From an uncultured Clostridia bacterium (GTDB lineage: Bacteria; Bacillota; Clostridia; TANB77; CAG-508), in assembly GCA_944392675.1 (NCBI GenBank), contig CALXXK010000001.1, positions 1 to 36,738 on the forward strand: a stretch of 36,738 bases of DNA, given 5' to 3'. This document shows positions 1 through 9,600 of the stretch, piece by piece. The notes under the pieces are model-generated. The model was not told the origin of the DNA. It ran no database searches and was given only the letters and a program-made list of their open reading frames with translations. Within the stretch, counting starts at the first letter, position 1. Each line of letters starts with the position of its first letter. Both the position numbers and the translations under genes were made by a program.

Positions 1-695
1 GTACCAACTAGTATTCCATTTTTCCATCCTAATACCATTACAATTAAAATACTTAATACATTTTTTATTTCAATTCCTAATATATTTAAATCTCCAAAAG
101 CTGTTACAGCTATAGATAATATAAGACTTGTCCCTATAACTTCTTCTATTGAAAATGCTCTTTTGGTTGTAAAATCTTGTAATACAACTATTGAATTTAC
201 AAATATTTTATAAAATACTAATGCTATTATTGAAATTGTGATACTTGATAATATGTCATATATTGTAAATCCTGATATTGCAAATTTTATAATCTGAACT
301 AATATAGTTGCTAAAAATACATTCTTTCCAACTTTTAATTTTTCATTTCTTTCTTCTTCATTATAAATTGGTTTTAAAATAAATAATGAAACAATCATTA
401 CTAATGCGGTCAAGAAATAATCTAATGCTCCACCTACACCAAATTTAATAAGATTCCCTACTAATGATATTCCTACTATTCCTAGTAACGGTACAGAAGT
501 CGCAAAAAAAGCTCCTAACATACTTATACTAAAGATTGAAAATTCTCCCCCTATACCTACTAATGATAACATAAAAGAAATTATATATAGTACAATATAT
601 TCTTTACAAAATACATTTGAAAAAATTTTGTTCATATTTTCTTTTACTTTGTTTTTTTCCGGCTCTATTGTATTTTCATTTATATTTTGAAACAT
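1..695 (-). CDS. spoIIE: Stage II sporulation protein E (SpoIIE)-like, N-terminal polytopic membrane region; 3' end lies outside the window
   Basis: Not in the ORF track because the frame is open to the window edge. ATG at 693-695 is preceded by AAAGAGGTGG (701-710). A hand translation of the first ~130 codons (695 down to ~300) has no stop: MFQNINENTIEPEKNKVKENMNKIFSNVFCKEYIVLYIISFMLSLVGIGGEFSIFSISMLGAFFATSVPLLGIVGISLVGNLIKFGVGGALDYFLTALVMIVSLFILKP... A quicker reading of the remainder also showed no stop and gives ...KRAFSIEEVIGTSLILSIAVTAFG, which resembles the B. subtilis SpoIIE segment LKIEEIICFMILIASVLTG. There are multiple TM helices. Confidence 0.55.
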   Translation of the reverse strand, partial: MFQNINENTIEPEKNKVKENMNKIFSNVFCKEYIVLYIISFMLSLVGIGGEFSIFSISMLGAFFATSVPLLGIVGISLVGNLIKFGVGGALDYFLTALVMIVSLFILKPIYNEEERNEKLKVGKNVFLATILVQIIKFAISGFTIYDILSSITISIIALVFYKIFVNSIVVLQDFTTKRAFSIEEVIGTSLILSIAVTAFGDLNILGIEIKNVLSILIVMVLGWKNGILVG

Positions 696-908
696 CCTTA
701 CCACCTCTTTGTTTTTTATGGTCTTATTTTACTACTTGTCCTTTGTGGTTTTTGTCTTTTTTAGTAATCTATTTCTAAAAAGTTTTTTACATTTTTTTAT
801 ATTAATTTATATTTATTTTTTATTTTTCTTATATTACTTCATTTTGTAGTTTTTATTTTATTATAATTTGTTGAATTTTGTCAAGAGGAAAGAGGAGGGG
901 ACAGAGGA

Positions 909-1317
909 GGGGACGTTCCTTTAATCCCTAAAATTCGGGATAATGGGGACGGACCTTTGCAAAATTACCCTTTGGGGACTTATCCATAAAAGAATTTTAG
1001 ATTCTATAACATTTTTTACTATAAAAAACAAAGTATTATATATAAATTTTAATAATTATGAATACGAATGAAAGAATATTATAAATTCTTTAATTATCAA
1101 GTAGGAGAATCTCAAACTTGCTTTGAGAGGTGCCTGCTTGATAATTTTAGAATTTATTTGTTCTGTAATGTTAGCCGAGTAATTATTAAAATTTATATAT
1201 AATACTTTGTTTAAAATTTAAAGGATATTTATTAAAATTCCCTTTATGGATACGTCCCAAAAATGATAAAAGGTCCGTCCCCCTATCCCTAATTTTAGGG
1301 ATTAGAGGAACGTCCCC
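909..1317. repeat. Palindromic element A: 409-bp imperfect long hairpin with conserved ~50-nt terminal modules
   Basis: 909-958 is the near-exact reverse complement of 1269-1317. Further pairing: 975-999 with 1233-1258; a perfect 33 bp at 1026-1058 with 1180-1212; 1081-1089 with 1149-1157; 1092-1101 with 1137-1146. The apical hairpin is CTCAAA-cttgc-TTTGAG at 1111-1127. There is no ORF. Confidence 0.9.
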
Positions 1318-1321
1318 TTAA

Positions 1322-4300
1322 TTATTTAAGAACATATTTCTTTATTAATACTACACCTGCTGCAATTATTCCTAATATACTTAATCCAAGTATAACATAT
1401 CCTGTATAGTCTACTGATAAACCTGTTGCTGGAACTACATAGAATTCTTCTGCTTTATCATCATCATAGTCATGTGTTTCGTCATTTCCTGGTACATAGT
1501 TACCTGGAATTGTAATTAATGTAGATCCCCAAGTTTTACCTATTTGCATTACTTCTGCATGGTTTTCTACTCTATCACCTTCATTATTTGTCATGTCTCT
1601 AACACCTATCATATCAAAAGTTGCTATATTTTGATCTTCTAATGCACTTAATGCTGAGTCTTTTAATTCTTCGATTCCTACAACTTTATTTGTAAGTGTA
1701 AGCGTTTCTTGTAATTCTGGTGCTAATAATCCGTCTGTTATTAATTCTGCTTTTTCAGCCTCACTCTTTATATGCCAATTATTTTCGTCTATACCTAAGT
1801 CATTGTCTGTATAGTCTATAATTATTTCTGGTGTTAACCTTGCTACGTCATCTTTATTTTCATGTCCTTCTCCATATAAATAGAATTCCTTCGTCGAGTA
1901 ATCTACCTCAGATATATTTGTTACTTTAAATTCGTATATTACTGTTATTCTTACTGATTTTACTAATTCGTCATCTATTTCTATTTTTACTTCATCTTCA
2001 TTTTGTTCTGATTTTGGTATATAAACAATATATTTAGGATGATTTGTTATTGTTCCATTTTCATCTATATCTGCTTCTGATAAAGTCATTCCATTTGCAA
2101 GTTTTACTGTTATTTTCTTAATTCTCTTTTCAAGCATTAATCCTTGTCTTGATCTTTCGATGATACCAAAATCTACACTATTTATTATATTTCTGTATTC
2201 TGGTTTTTTAACTGCATATCCATTTTCTATTATGATATTTCCATTTGCGTCTTCCTCGTATTGATCCATATCTGGAGTATCTGGAGTATATTCTACATCT
2301 ACCATAAATTCTGGTGTATATGAATCCATTTTTGTTATTACTTTTTCTGAATCTGCAATTTCGTTACCATATGATTGATTTATTTGTTGTTTTTTGCCAT
2401 ATGTCATTGTTTCTGTTTCTTTATCCACATTTTGTCTCATTTCAAAATCATCAACTGCATCTGATACTCTTATTTCTGTATTTGAACTTTCATCCCATTC
2501 TACTCCTGGATACATTTGCTTAAATGGATCTTTGTACCATTCTGTTTCTCTTGAAGCTCCTTTATTTTCAAATGAGCTTTTATCAACTATTGTACTCTTG
2601 TAATCTTGAACTCTATATTTGTCATCTCCCCATTCGTATTGAACTATATAGTAATCAGGGACATATCCAACAAATGAATATTCTCCTTCTGATGATGTTG
2701 TAGTTACTGCATCTACCCATTGAGTTCCATTATACATTCTAGCAACAGTTCCATCTGTTTTTAATAGTGTTACTTTTACTCCTGCTATTCCTGGTTCATT
2801 GCTATCTAATCTTCCATTTCCTTGTCTTACTCTTCCTGTTTTTAATTCTTCAGTTTCTGTATCTTTATCTTCAAAGACTTTACCATACATTTCTCTTCTA
2901 TCTTGTAATACTAGTCTAAATCCTGGTGCTCTATCTGTATCGTCTTCATAAGTATCTGTATTTCCAGGTGTTGCATTTTCTGGTGCTGAATCTGTATCTA
3001 CACCTGCATATAGCTGACCATTACTATCAGTTGTAGTATATGATGCAACTTCTGCTACATTTTCTAAGTTTTCTCTATTATTTACTGCATTTTCTATAGC
3101 TTGTTTATTTAATCCAAATTGTATATATATTTCGGTCTGCATTTGTGGAGCTACCTCACTATTTGCTGTCACTATTACCTTTTTATATTCTGAATTATAT
3201 GATTGTTCTGCTGAGCATGTTAAGTTTCCTGTAATATGTCCACTTTCATCTACTCCTGTACCTGCTCCGATTAAATAATAATTAGTGTCAAAATAATCTA
3301 CTATTGTATTAATTTTTGTTGTAAGGTTTGTTGATTGATTTTTTAGTGTTATTTTGTATGTTACTCTTGCATTTAATTCTCCATCTTTATTTGCTTGATC
3401 TACTTTATAATAGAAATCCTCTTCATATACAGGTCTTGAATATGTCATATCTGAATATTTTTCTTTAAAGCTTACTCCAACTTTAAATTCATTATCATAT
3501 TCATCAGTACCTTTTATTGCTTCTTCTTCACTATCTATAAGACTTGATTTTTGTCCATATCTATATACATTGTCAAATCCATTTATCTCTACTATTGCAT
3601 TTTCTACGTCTTTTACCAATGCCATGTCTGGATGTTCTCTTTCAATAATTCCGAAATTTACATTTTCTATTTCATCATATCTTGGATTATATCCATCAGT
3701 TAAACTGTATACACCATTTGTTGACCCTACTACATGGTATTTATCTTGTGCATATATTTCATTTGGACTATAAATTATTTCACTCTTATGATCTCCCGTA
3801 TTGTATTCTACATCTGAAGAATTTGTTATTGTATTATATCTTTGATTTAAACTATCTCTTGATGATTTTATATCTTCTGCTTTTGAACCATCATCAAGTT
3901 CTGGATGTGGTGTAACTGAGTGATATTTCATTCCATTATATTCAAATTCTATTTCATATTCTTCTATATGTTGGGCTTCTATTTTTAAATCATCTCTTGT
4001 TCCCCAGAATTTATATTTGCCTTCTTCTAGTTTTGTACCTCTACTATCTGAACCTGAATATATTTCACATATAATTTGTCCTTTTCTTTTTAATGTGATT
4101 TTTACTCCATCTACACCTTCTCCTGGAGAATATAAGTCATCACCAACCCATTGTTTTCCTTCTCTTTCATCTACATAAACTACTCCTTCGATATCCACAA
4201 ATGTTCTTTCATTTTCTATAATTCTTTCTCCAGATGTTTGTAGTCCTCCTCCTGATACTTCAAATCCAGAACCTATTTCTTTTTCTGATACATCTTGATC

Positions 4301-6601
4301 TCCGATACGTACATTAAAGTATACATTTTCGCTTCCTACTTCGTATAAAGTATATGTTCCTGGTTCTGTAATACTAGGATCATCTAATGTCATCGTAATC
4401 GTACCATCTTTTAATGAGATTCCTTCTCCAACATATTGACTTTGTGACTTTTTATAATAATCATTATATTTTTTCCATTTTTCCCATTCTTTATGATCTT
4501 TATTATATTGTTCAGTATCATGTTTTCTTCTACTTCTTCGTTCTGTTGTATAATAAATATTTCCATCTTCATCTACATGTTTTACTCTAACTGTATAATA
4601 TTCTGTATAGTAATAATCATCATAATCTGGTTCTGGTTTATATTTAGTATACTCTTCATTGTCCGGATCCCAATTCTTAATTGCGAATTTCATTCCCTCT
4701 AATGGTACATTATCTGTATCAGCAATAACTTTTATAACTCCATCTCCTGGTGGCGTTGGTTCTTCTGGTTCGTCTGGTTTATCTTTCTTTTTATTTTCAA
4801 ATACTACTTCTACTGTTTTCTTATCTCCTGATGTCAATACCACTTTTTGTGGATTATTTGTTGATAATTCATAGTTTGTAGGTGCTTTTGTTTCTTTTAC
4901 ATAGTATGTTCCTGGTTCTAATCCTTTTATAGTTAATGTTCCTGTTGAATTTGTAGTTCCTGTTTCTACTACATCAGTACATGCTACATCTTTACAAATT
5001 ATGAATTCTGCTCCCTTTAATCCTACTGTTGTTCCTTCTGCATATTTTTTAATTATTAATTGTGTATCTTGTGATTCATTATATATTACTCTTGCATTTA
5101 ATTGCTCATTCCATTGTGCCCAATATGCATCTTGAAGTACTGTTGGCATATCTACAACTGTTTTTCCTGTTTTTCTTAACATTCTTCTATACATATTGTT
5201 CAATTTTTCCATAGCTTGACTTTTGCTATCCATTTCTAAAACACTATAGCCTTTTTCGTCTATTAAATATTGTAATACAAATGTAATTAGATTATATTTA
5301 TTTGTAAATTTCTCTGCATCAGAATTTGCTCCGTTTGTCATAATAGTATCATAATATCCACTATTATCTATATCTTTTATAATATTTTTCACATCTGTAC
5401 TATCAGGTCCATAATTTACACCTGCTAATACATACACCAGAGTACTTATATAATCTTTTAATTGTTTACTTCCTGTTAAATTTTCATAATATTTATTGTT
5501 ATTCGTGTATGTTATACTTTTTACAACATCATATCGGTATTTGTCACCTACTGTTACATTAGGAATTGTTCCTTGTATTTTATATCCATCTGGCGTTTCT
5601 TTTTCTATAATTTGGAATACATCACCATCTTTTAGTCCTGCTATTTCAACAGTACCATTTGCATTTGTTGTAAATACCTTAGCTGAACTTGCACTTTTTG
5701 TATATGTAACTGTACTACCACTTGATTTGATATAATATCCATTATTAGGTGAACCTACCTTTTTTAATACAAATTTTGCTCCTTTTAAAGGTTTTTGAGT
5801 ATCTGCGTCCATTTTTACTAATTTTATACTTTTTCTTTTTGTTTTATAACTAGTAAATACTATTCTATCTTGTCCTGCAGCAGATCTTAAAATTATAATA
5901 CGAACATCTTTGTCATCTTTTGCTGCTGATGCTGCTTTTGAATTACATGCATCCCAAAATGTTTTATTTTTCTCATAATATCCATCGTAATCATTTGCTG
6001 GATACCATATTTTGTATTCTCCATAATGGCTTGTTGAATAATGCCATAACCATCCTTTTGTATCATGATTCCAATAATACCATACAAGCATGTCTCTACC
6101 TTGTCCTGATTTTCCTCCTATTGAAAATTGAGTTACATAATTTTTAACAAAATATGCCATTGTATTAAATCTTTTCATTCCACTTGTATCTGATGATGGT
6201 ACATTAACTATTGTGTTTCTAAATGCTCCTATTTGTGCTGTTCCATCTGCATAAACATCTATTATATTTTTTATTTCAAATCTATCTTGACTTGCATTTG
6301 CGTGGCTATTAATACAGTTCCAATTATAATTTGGATATATAACATCACCTGTAAGTGAGTTACTAGAACCTGTTCCATATTTTATTAATGCATTTTGTAC
6401 ATTTATATTCATAAATTTTTCAGGATCATTTTTAGCCCATTCGTATAGCTCTGTTACTGTTTTGGGTAAAGTTTTATCTTTATTGGCCGCATTTATTTCA
6501 TCTTGTGTTGGTTGATATGCTGCTAAAGAAGGTTTATTGAAAACCACAAATAACATAAATACAAATATTAAACTAATTAGAATTTTTATTGATGTTTTCA
6601 T
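1322..6601 (-). CDS. Giant cell-wall-anchored adhesin (1759 aa). It has a signal peptide, a Cys-containing thioester-like N-domain, SpaA/Cna-B-type domains, an SdrD-B-like domain, DUF11-like modules and a VPATG sorting signal.
   Basis: N-terminal signal peptide (MKTSIKILISLIFVFMLFVVFNKPSLAA). Cna-B/SpaA signatures include KGAKFVLKK..TTNANGTVEIAGLKDGDVFQIIEKETPDGY and LKGAEFIICK..TNSTGTLTIKGLEPGTYYVKETKAPTNY. The SdrD-B-like stretch is IEGVVYVDEREG..GVDGVKITL. The C-terminus is VPATG plus a hydrophobic stretch plus KKYVLK (1325-1435). The ATG lies 1 nt after the stop of the upstream gene, with AAGGAGG inside that gene's end. It is a paralog of 11927-15931. Confidence 0.85.
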   Translation of the reverse strand: MKTSIKILISLIFVFMLFVVFNKPSLAAYQPTQDEINAANKDKTLPKTVTELYEWAKNDPEKFMNINVQNALIKYGTGSSNSLTGDVIYPNYNWNCINSHANASQDRFEIKNIIDVYADGTAQIGAFRNTIVNVPSSDTSGMKRFNTMAYFVKNYVTQFSIGGKSGQGRDMLVWYYWNHDTKGWLWHYSTSHYGEYKIWYPANDYDGYYEKNKTFWDACNSKAASAAKDDKDVRIIILRSAAGQDRIVFTSYKTKRKSIKLVKMDADTQKPLKGAKFVLKKVGSPNNGYYIKSSGSTVTYTKSASSAKVFTTNANGTVEIAGLKDGDVFQIIEKETPDGYKIQGTIPNVTVGDKYRYDVVKSITYTNNNKYYENLTGSKQLKDYISTLVYVLAGVNYGPDSTDVKNIIKDIDNSGYYDTIMTNGANSDAEKFTNKYNLITFVLQYLIDEKGYSVLEMDSKSQAMEKLNNMYRRMLRKTGKTVVDMPTVLQDAYWAQWNEQLNARVIYNESQDTQLIIKKYAEGTTVGLKGAEFIICKDVACTDVVETGTTNSTGTLTIKGLEPGTYYVKETKAPTNYELSTNNPQKVVLTSGDKKTVEVVFENKKKDKPDEPEEPTPPGDGVIKVIADTDNVPLEGMKFAIKNWDPDNEEYTKYKPEPDYDDYYYTEYYTVRVKHVDEDGNIYYTTERRSRRKHDTEQYNKDHKEWEKWKKYNDYYKKSQSQYVGEGISLKDGTITMTLDDPSITEPGTYTLYEVGSENVYFNVRIGDQDVSEKEIGSGFEVSGGGLQTSGERIIENERTFVDIEGVVYVDEREGKQWVGDDLYSPGEGVDGVKITLKRKGQIICEIYSGSDSRGTKLEEGKYKFWGTRDDLKIEAQHIEEYEIEFEYNGMKYHSVTPHPELDDGSKAEDIKSSRDSLNQRYNTITNSSDVEYNTGDHKSEIIYSPNEIYAQDKYHVVGSTNGVYSLTDGYNPRYDEIENVNFGIIEREHPDMALVKDVENAIVEINGFDNVYRYGQKSSLIDSEEEAIKGTDEYDNEFKVGVSFKEKYSDMTYSRPVYEEDFYYKVDQANKDGELNARVTYKITLKNQSTNLTTKINTIVDYFDTNYYLIGAGTGVDESGHITGNLTCSAEQSYNSEYKKVIVTANSEVAPQMQTEIYIQFGLNKQAIENAVNNRENLENVAEVASYTTTDSNGQLYAGVDTDSAPENATPGNTDTYEDDTDRAPGFRLVLQDRREMYGKVFEDKDTETEELKTGRVRQGNGRLDSNEPGIAGVKVTLLKTDGTVARMYNGTQWVDAVTTTSSEGEYSFVGYVPDYYIVQYEWGDDKYRVQDYKSTIVDKSSFENKGASRETEWYKDPFKQMYPGVEWDESSNTEIRVSDAVDDFEMRQNVDKETETMTYGKKQQINQSYGNEIADSEKVITKMDSYTPEFMVDVEYTPDTPDMDQYEEDANGNIIIENGYAVKKPEYRNIINSVDFGIIERSRQGLMLEKRIKKITVKLANGMTLSEADIDENGTITNHPKYIVYIPKSEQNEDEVKIEIDDELVKSVRITVIYEFKVTNISEVDYSTKEFYLYGEGHENKDDVARLTPEIIIDYTDNDLGIDENNWHIKSEAEKAELITDGLLAPELQETLTLTNKVVGIEELKDSALSALEDQNIATFDMIGVRDMTNNEGDRVENHAEVMQIGKTWGSTLITIPGNYVPGNDETHDYDDDKAEEFYVVPATGLSVDYTGYVILGLSILGIIAAGVVLIKKYVLK

Positions 6602-6602
6602 T

Positions 6603-9600
6603 TTAAACCTCCTTTCTTCTTTTGATGTAAATTATTCCTCCAACAATCATCAATATCACTATTAATGATAAGCTAATTGCTAATACTACTTTACCTGTAC
6701 TTATTGAAATTATTACTTCTGCTTTGCCCATGTCATCTTCTGTTTCTACATTGTTTCCATATGTTGAGTCTATATCGGCAATATTTAAGTCATTGCTTGC
6801 TTTTGCAATTTCAGCTTTATTTATACTATTCCCCAAATTATTTTCATTCATTGTTTTTGTTAATACTAATTTTATTGTCTGAGTTTCCCCAGGATTTATT
6901 GTTGTGTTTGTTAAGCTACTATTATGTAATTCCCCTTCTCTTGTTAAATACCAATCTGGATTTGATTTTTCATCAAATTGTAAATCATTTGGTATATAAT
7001 CTACTATTTCATTTACTTGTCCTGGAATTTCTCCTTCATTAGTTATTTTTAAATCATATTCTATTGTTACTACTGTTCCTGCCAATTCTTTTGCTTTTAA
7101 TTCCACTTTTGCTAATGTTGCATCATTATACTCTGTTACTGTTTTTGATTTACTATTTTGTACAGTTATTCTATTTATAGTTTTCTTTAATGATAAGTCA
7201 AAAATATTTTTCTCATAAAATCCTGCATCTATATTTCTAATTTCTAAATTACTTATTGTTATTTCATTTGTTATCGCTATTTCTTTATCTTGTCCATTTA
7301 TATTTACAACTTTAGATATAACATCAGAATTTGTTGATGCATCTGTATTTTGTACTTGATATTGTGTTACTGTATATTTATTTGTATCATACTCAAATCC
7401 TACCATATATGAATTTCCTGTTAAATTATCAAATTTATAGAATCCATTTTGATCTGTAGTAGTTTGTATTGTAGCTCCATTTTCATCTGTTGCTAATTGT
7501 CCTGTAGCTCCATCAAATAGCAATACTGTCATTCCACTCATTACTGATGAATCATCTCTTATACCATTCTTATTACTGTCTATCCATGCTATTCCACTTA
7601 GGGCTTTAAGTCTTTGACTTGGATTACTTGGATTTTCATTTATACCATCTTGCAATTTATATGTTATTACATTTGACTCTGTATAATAATCTCCACCCAT
7701 TGCTGAAATAACATTTTCAAATTGTTCTAAATCATATAAATTTTCTCCTACTACTGCATTTATTACTAAATCTATTTCTGAATATGCTCCTAATAAATAA
7801 TTAGCGCTTAAATATCCTTCTCCTGTATCACTATCTTTCTCATATTGAGCATCTGCTATTCTTTCTCCATCTTTCATTAAATAAGCTTCTGTTACATTTA
7901 ATATTGATGATACATTGTCTTCTATCAATAAATCTGCTTCTATATTAGATGTATTTCTTATATTAGCTACAAATTGAATTTCGTCACCTTCTTTAACAGA
8001 TTCTCCATCTATACTTGCTGTTTGTACAATTTCAAAATTTGCAATTCTATTAACGTCAGATTTTGATATTACATTTGAGTAATATTGATTTCCATTTATT
8101 GTAGCATTACATGAGAAATCATATGTTTTCTCTGTTTCACCATTGCCTATAGGTTCAACATATAAGTCTAAAACAAGTGTTAATGTCTCTTCAGGATCAA
8201 GTTTCTTTATATTAATTTTAATATTATTATCTGTAAATTCTTCATATGTGTAATTATCTCCATTTACTCTGTATTCATCTCTTAATGTTACTCCATCTGT
8301 TAATGATAAATTTAAAGTTATATTTTCTAATGTATTTTCAGAAATATTAGTAATATTATATGTAAATGAATTTTCAGAACCTGCAGAAAATATTACTTCT
8401 TCATTTTTTGAATATTTTGTTGTTAATTTTAGCTCTGCATCTTTTATTTTATTTTGCATAATATCTTTTGAAAGTTCAAAATCATCAGCTTTCATTTCCA
8501 ATTTTCCTATAGTTACTTCATTTTCATTTTTTGCTTTATTAATAGTAAATTCATATTCAAATTCTACAGTTTCACCATTTGTTAATACATCTTTTTTAAA
8601 TCCTTTTTCTGTTAAAGTTTCATCTTCTTCATAATTTGTAACTATTACTGGATTTCCTGTAACCGCATCTGGAACTTGCTCTTTTTTCATATTGAAAAAT
8701 GTAACATTATTATTTCCATCAGCATCTTGTTGTTTTCCTACTACAGAAAAATTAGTTAAATCCTTTCCTGTATTATTTGTTAATGTTATTATATGTTTTA
8801 CTGTTTGTCCTTCAAAAATTTCTTCTCCATCTTGTAATTCTTTTCCTCCAGAAATTGTTGTTATTTTTAAATCTATTCCTTCTACATTTTCTTCAATACT
8901 TAATGGTGATATTTGACTATTTTCTCCATCTCCTATTAATTTTAATGTTGTATAGTCCTCAAATTCTTGATTATTATATTCATATTGTAATCTTGTTATT
9001 TGGAAATATGTTTCATCATTTTGAACATTTTCTGGTATTTCAATTTTATAACTAACATTTATTACTTCTGATGGTCTTAATGTTGGTATCGATATTTTAA
9101 ACATTTTTACTTGTGACAAATCTTCTACATTTTCATACCATTGTTCACTATCAATTGATATGTTTTCTGTTGCATATAATACTTTTGCATCTGGATAATT
9201 TGTTTGTATTTGTCCTAATAATTTTGTTTGAATTGTTGATTTAAATTCATCACTTTCGTTTGTGGTATCTATTTTTCCTACTATAATTACATTATTTATA
9301 TCTGTTTCATAATTATTTATTACTGCTGTAGTAACATTTGCTTCTTTTCTTTGGGCATTTGTATCTAATTTACCTGTAACTGCCTTTTGTGATAATGTTT
9401 CTATTTGCTCGCTTTGTTCATTATATCCATTCATCATTCCATACATTAAAACACCATATTTAGAATTCATTTTTATATCTGCATTTACTGTATTTTCTTC
9501 ATTGTTTCTATTTTCATTTGTATATTTTAAAGTTATAACAGAATTTTTTGTAGGTGTTAATTTATTAAGTGTGATATTTGCGCTTATGATTATTTGTATT

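Noticed and set aside
696-908. A spoIIE promoter with TTGACA at about 876-881 (minus strand) and possible Spo0A boxes.
   Set aside because: The spacing to any -10-like hexamer is unsatisfactory (13 nt to TATAAT). No clear TGTCGAA-type 0A box is present, so it cannot be supported from sequence alone.
1026-1212. The inner part of element A looks like a 6S-RNA-type rod: a closing stem, a central 22x22 bubble and a terminal stem-loop of about 190 nt.
   Set aside because: The same outer modules flank a completely different interior in element B. I see no promoter and terminator framing a discrete 190-nt RNA, and I cannot match conserved 6S features by eye. The resemblance is kept only as a structural analogy.
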